From Alphaproteobacteria bacterium (GTDB lineage: Bacteria; Pseudomonadota; Alphaproteobacteria; CBCXTS01): a stretch of 64,000 nt of DNA. This document shows positions 59,964-64,000 of the stretch, in pieces. The stretch covers positions 18,109-82,108 of the forward strand of contig CBCXTS010000026.1 in NCBI GenBank assembly GCA_965178085.1, given 5' to 3'. The number at the start of each line of letters is the position of its first letter. Position 1 is the first letter of the stretch. Both the position numbers and the translations under genes were made by a program. Under the pieces are notes generated by a model. That model made no database searches, had not been told where the DNA came from, and saw only the letters and a program-made list of their open reading frames with translations.

Positions 59964-61973
59964 TTATTGTGTAATGCCCGTGTTTGTAATGCCCGTGTTT
60001 GTAATGCTTGGATTTGTAATGTTTGTGATTGCGCCGATGATTGTATTGGTAAATGTTTGAAATAATTGTTTGGCTGAATGGGCATTGATGCCAAGAGCAT
60101 TATGGTCTATAGGCGTGCTTGCAAGATTGTCTTCAAGCGTTTGCAATTTGGGCCAATTACCCTTTGCAAGTTCTGTTAAAGATGTTGCATGCTGGTTTAA
60201 GCGATCGGCATAAATCCAACTATTGCTAAGCACATCTTTTACATATCGACGAGTTTCAAGTGCTTTAAGACTTTCAACTAGCAATAAAGGATCGTTAAAT
60301 TTTTGCACAGGTCTGTTCCATTTAAGCATATTGCCAGGGCCTGCATTATAGCTGATGAGGGCTTTGACCAGGTTTTCTTTTATATGGTCTTGCTCAATGA
60401 GGTGGATTAAATATTTTTGGCCAAGATGGATATTCAATTCATGTTTAAATAGCTGTGAGCGTGAGGAACGCTTTCTAAAACGTTGGTTAGAGATAAAATT
60501 TGCTGTAGCAGGCATTAGTTGCATCAATCCTCTTGCACCTGACTGGCTGATGGCAGTAGCTCTAAAGGCAGATTCTTTGCGTATAATAGCAAAAATCAAA
60601 GAAGAAGGTAAACGAAACTCGATATCGCTAGCCCACCCAGGAATAGGATATAATGCGTTATCAACCCATACACCACTGCTTTTGGCAATGTAGCGCCCAA
60701 GATCATAGGCAAGTTCGGCAAGGCCAGCCTCTTCGGTAAAATGCACAAGCCATATTTTTGCATTATCAGAAAGTAAGTTAATAACAGGCTTAACGGTTTT
60801 ATTAGCGCGATTATGCCTGCCTAACTCAACCAATGCAGTAGCGCGTCGGATAAGTTCGGTCTGGCGAAATTCACGATCAACTTGCTGGCTATATGATGTG
60901 GTTTGCCAATTATATTGGAGATCAATGCCTAAAACTTCATTGGCTAGAACACTATAGAAAGTATGCTTAAGGGGCCCACTTGCTGCAGTCTTTAAGTAAG
61001 AGGTAGCATTTTGTGGGTTAGATGCAGCAAGATAAGCACGCCATATCCAAAAATTTAACTGTGCTAAACGAGCGTCGTTGTCTTTGATCTCCCAAGAAGA
61101 TAGCGCAGTCTTAAATAACTCTACAGCGCTTTCATAGCGCTCTAGCCGCCATGCGGAAAGCCCTGCCCACCAGCCAAGATTGGCCGTGCAAATGGTTGGG
61201 TCTTGCGATGCTTGGAGATGTTTTGTTAAAGCAATGGCCTTTTCATCAAACTGATGGTGATAATAACCGCGCGCAATATAGCCCAGTGCTTTTTGAAAAC
61301 CGCATTGGCCAAGTGTTTTGCGGTTGATGAGAGCATGCTTAAGAGAACGCGAGACGTAGCTTTTTTCAATATCACGGCGATATTGGCGCAATAGTCTATT
61401 GGCTGTTCTAGAAACAACATATGGTTTTGGTTTGCCCGAAGATCTTTGAGATAGTTTGATCGAACCAGCCGTGTTTTTTAAGCTGTTTGGGATATAAGGT
61501 ATTGAAGGCCGAGCAGGGTTTTTATAGTTTTTTGGTTTGCGTTTTAAGGCAAGTCGATGAACGCGTTTTGCCCCTGGGTGATCGCCATATTGTTTGAGCC
61601 AATTGCGTAGTTCTTTAAAAGAAGAGCGGTATTTTGTAGGATGCATATAGCGCTGGAATTGAACCTCGCCAATTAAAATAGGATCTTTTAGTTTTTTAAT
61701 TAAGCCATCAGCTTCTTTCCATTTTCCATTTTCTTGTAAAGCAAAAATTAAAGAATAGGTTTGAAGATCTTTGCTAGAAAGCACCGTAGGTAGTACAAAA
61801 TCACTATCTTGAAGGCTGCTTTGACCTGTTGCAATGGATGCAGCAGATGGCTTGATAGTGTTCGTGCTTTGTGCTGTGGTAACTGGATACATAAAAGCAG
61901 TCGCCATAAAAACTAAGAAAAATGCTAGAGGATGCATGCTTATTACGAACTTTCTAAATTTAAAACTTGTCAC
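59964..61973 (-). CDS. slt: Soluble lytic murein transglycosylase (Slt family) with signal peptide and repetitive C-terminal tail
   Basis: SLT catalytic block ESAFRATAISQSGARGLMQLMPATA, superhelical N-domain, signal peptide MHPLAFFLVFMATAFM; C-term ITNITNPSITNTGITNTGITQ encoded by tandem repeat. Confidence 0.8.
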   Translation of the reverse strand: MTSFKFRKFVISMHPLAFFLVFMATAFMYPVTTAQSTNTIKPSAASIATGQSSLQDSDFVLPTVLSSKDLQTYSLIFALQENGKWKEADGLIKKLKDPILIGEVQFQRYMHPTKYRSSFKELRNWLKQYGDHPGAKRVHRLALKRKPKNYKNPARPSIPYIPNSLKNTAGSIKLSQRSSGKPKPYVVSRTANRLLRQYRRDIEKSYVSRSLKHALINRKTLGQCGFQKALGYIARGYYHHQFDEKAIALTKHLQASQDPTICTANLGWWAGLSAWRLERYESAVELFKTALSSWEIKDNDARLAQLNFWIWRAYLAASNPQNATSYLKTAASGPLKHTFYSVLANEVLGIDLQYNWQTTSYSQQVDREFRQTELIRRATALVELGRHNRANKTVKPVINLLSDNAKIWLVHFTEEAGLAELAYDLGRYIAKSSGVWVDNALYPIPGWASDIEFRLPSSLIFAIIRKESAFRATAISQSGARGLMQLMPATANFISNQRFRKRSSRSQLFKHELNIHLGQKYLIHLIEQDHIKENLVKALISYNAGPGNMLKWNRPVQKFNDPLLLVESLKALETRRYVKDVLSNSWIYADRLNQHATSLTELAKGNWPKLQTLEDNLASTPIDHNALGINAHSAKQLFQTFTNTIIGAITNITNPSITNTGITNTGITQ
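59971..60030. repeat. 4 tandem copies (2 perfect, 2 degenerate) of 15-bp unit GTAATGCCCGTGTTT at the 3' end of slt
   Basis: Read directly. Confidence 0.8.
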
Positions 61974-62064
61974 TAGCGCTCAAAGCTTATGTAAAATATA
62001 TTGCCATGGCATAAGCTAATTGAACACGCCGATATTGACATGTGTTACTTTTAAATACACAATT

Positions 62065-62102
62065 ATTATGCCAACCAACTTTTATTATGCCAACCAACTT
62101 TG
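62065..62102. repeat. 2 tandem copies of 19-bp unit ATTATGCCAACCAACTTTT
   Basis: Read directly in the slt / bamD divergent intergenic region. Confidence 0.7.
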
Positions 62103-62143
62103 TACTAACCCTTGTGGTTAGATGGCTTAAGTAACTATATAAA

Positions 62144-62180
62144 AACTAGCTAGTAGAACTAGCTAGTAGAACTAGCTAGA
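62144..62180. repeat. About 2.8 tandem copies of 13-bp CTAG-rich unit AACTAGCTAGTAG
   Basis: Read directly; contains CTAGCTAG palindromes. Confidence 0.7.
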
Positions 62181-62561
62181 GGATCAAAAATAGTTGTTTG
62201 GCCAGCATTGCCAATAGTAGTTTAGTTTTAGTAGGAATTAACTTTTACTCTCTTCATTGAGATTTACCCTTTATCTTATTTCGCGTATATGCTCAACAAG
62301 TAAGGTCAATATTTTTATATTATCATCATAATGGTTGCTTCACGAGTATATAAAATCAGTGACAGACACCATGAATAGGATATATAATTTAAAAATAGAA
62401 TCACATAATATATAATTCAAAAAGATATTATAGAGTAAGATATAATGATCAATAAAATAGTGCAATTGTTACAATTAATGCTCAAAACAATAGGGCTGAA
62501 GCTGATCGATCAAAAGAAAGTAGCGATATCAATAATGCTTGATATGTTGTTGAAGCGATGC

Positions 62562-63413
62562 ATGCTAAGTCTGCGATGTGTATTGCTAGCAGGCGTGCTA
62601 GCTTTCAGTCTTGCTGGGTGCTCATCTGATAGCAAGAAGGAATATGTAGAAAGACCAGTAGAAGAACTATATAACGAAGGTCTTGCTGCTTTGAGAGAAA
62701 AAGAATACGAAGCAGCCGTTGTTAGTTTTGAAGAAGCCGAGCGCCAGCACCCTTATTCTGCATGGGCAACACGGGCCCAACTAATGGCGGGATATGCTAA
62801 TTTTCTAGATGGGCGCTTTGATGATGCGTTGATTACATTGGATCGTTTTATAGAGCTTAATCCAGGTAGTGATGATATTGTTTATGCCTATTATCTTAGA
62901 GCTGCAAGCTTATATCAACAGATAACCGATGTACGCAGAGATCAACGCATTACACGCTTGGCTCTTGAAAGCTTGCGCCAAGTTACTAATAATTTTCCAG
63001 AAAGCGAGTACGCTCGCGATGCAAACCTTAAAATTGATTTAACCCTTGATCATCTTGCAGGAAAAGAAATGTCAGTAGGGCGCTACTATCTTAGGCAACA
63101 TGATTATTTGGCTGCTATTAACAGGTTTAGAATCGTAGTAGAGCAGTTTGATACAACTACCCATGTGCCAGAAGCGCTTTTAAGAATGGTGGAAGCCTAT
63201 CTTGCGCTTGGTATCCGATCCGAATCTGAGCGCATTGCATCGGTCTTAGGGCATAATTTTCCAGCAAGTTCTTGGTATAAGGAAAGCTATACATTGCTAA
63301 CTGGCAAAAAGATTGAACAAGACCCGCTGAACGCGCAAGCAGATAAATGGTATGAAGAAATGTGGGGCTGGATTGAGAACAAAGTTAAACCTGTCAAAGA
63401 TTTTTTGATATAG
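62562..63413 (+). CDS. bamD: Outer membrane protein assembly factor BamD (TPR lipoprotein); start moved to MLSLRCVLLAGVLAFSLAGC signal/lipobox
   Basis: Lipobox LAGC, TPR-like helical repeats, BamD-like length; conserved bamD-recN adjacency. Confidence 0.8.
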   Translation: MLSLRCVLLAGVLAFSLAGCSSDSKKEYVERPVEELYNEGLAALREKEYEAAVVSFEEAERQHPYSAWATRAQLMAGYANFLDGRFDDALITLDRFIELNPGSDDIVYAYYLRAASLYQQITDVRRDQRITRLALESLRQVTNNFPESEYARDANLKIDLTLDHLAGKEMSVGRYYLRQHDYLAAINRFRIVVEQFDTTTHVPEALLRMVEAYLALGIRSESERIASVLGHNFPASSWYKESYTLLTGKKIEQDPLNAQADKWYEEMWGWIENKVKPVKDFLI

Positions 63414-63414
63414 A

Positions 63415-64000
63415 ATGTTAACTAGATTAGGGATAAAAAATTTTCTGGTTGTATCGGATGCGCAGGTTACTTTTGAAAAGTCCTTTAACGCATTAACGGG
63501 TGAAACAGGCACTGGAAAATCTATTTTATTTGAAGCGCTAGCGCTAGCGCTTGGCAAACGCTTGTCAGGTAATATGGTACGAGCCGATGCCAAGCAACTA
63601 GAGGTTGAGGCATGGTTTTGTCCGCCTTTTCCAAAAGGGCTAATAGAAGTAGGCGCAGAATTAGGCATTGAAATAGAAGACGAGGATTTAGTATTTAAGC
63701 GTGTGATTGAGCAAAGCGAAGATAGTACCGCTGGGCGATCGCGTTCTTATATTAATATGCTACAATTTCCTTCGCGTGTGATGCGCCAACTAGGAGGATA
63801 TTTGGTAGAATTTCAAGAACAGCATGAATTGCACCACTTTTTTACCCCCAATGCACAATTACAATTAATTGACCAAATGCCTCTTGTAAAACAAAGTTAT
63901 GTTGATATGCAGCAAGCTTATAGCAATTGGCATCGCTTGCATGGAGAGCTCGTCCTTGCCAAACAAACACAAGAAAAAACACAATCAGATTGTATATGGT
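63415..64000 (+). CDS. recN: DNA repair protein RecN, N-terminal part (runs off window end)
   Basis: MLTRLGIKNFLVVSDAQVTFEKSFNALTGETGTGKSILFEALALALG Walker A / SMC-like N-terminus; not in ORF track because no stop in window. Confidence 0.8.
   Translation, partial: MLTRLGIKNFLVVSDAQVTFEKSFNALTGETGTGKSILFEALALALGKRLSGNMVRADAKQLEVEAWFCPPFPKGLIEVGAELGIEIEDEDLVFKRVIEQSEDSTAGRSRSYINMLQFPSRVMRQLGGYLVEFQEQHELHHFFTPNAQLQLIDQMPLVKQSYVDMQQAYSNWHRLHGELVLAKQTQEKTQSDCIW

Overview
The window reads as a low-GC (roughly 38-40% by eye) alphaproteobacterial chromosome segment with Rhizobiales/Bartonellaceae-like gene order. No CRISPR array, IS element, integrase or intact prophage is visible.

Layout:
- 1-9.4 kb: a tricarboxylate utilisation locus (tcuB, tcuA, a GntR regulator, an AbrB-type membrane protein, a D-2-hydroxyacid dehydrogenase, a PrpF-family isomerase, and a TTT transporter with a fused TctAB permease plus TctC).
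- 9.4-13.7 kb: a small accessory islet bounded by two different perfect tandem-repeat blocks. This is the most interesting region (details below).
- 13.7-44.8 kb: mostly minus-strand housekeeping and cell-envelope genes. They include a GMC oxidoreductase, an enolase-superfamily enzyme, a Q-rich protein with an in-frame 15-bp VNTR, GNAT, an M16 peptidase, thrC, fmt, an O-antigen ligase, ubiD, asmA, a HAD hydrolase, an MFS transporter, ctaA, a NAPRTase-like protein, a class II DAHP synthase, smpB, dapA, a Thr/Ser dehydratase, a pterin dehydratase, and the conserved run rseP-dxr-cdsA-uppS-frr-pyrH-tsf-rpsB.
- 44.8-64 kb: galU, ugd, an aldo/keto reductase, an ELM1-family protein, an LPD-like flavoprotein, pepN, ispB, a degenerate tRNA-Lys-like element with an upstream repeat array, an aminotransferase, ggt, a zinc-ADH family enzyme, slt (with a C-terminal repeat), bamD and the start of recN.

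The islet holds two paralogous about 75-aa, 3-TM proteins. They look like the two halves of the nicotinamide-riboside transporter PnuC, a candidate split 'semi-PnuC' transporter. Each sits behind a duplicated promoter/leader of about 45 bp. Soluble partners are an unknown 169-aa Trp/Cys-rich protein, a cupin, a 2OG/Fe(II)-oxygenase-like protein, and an isochorismatase/nicotinamidase-family cysteine hydrolase. All functional calls rest on motif recognition by eye; nothing here has been database-searched.
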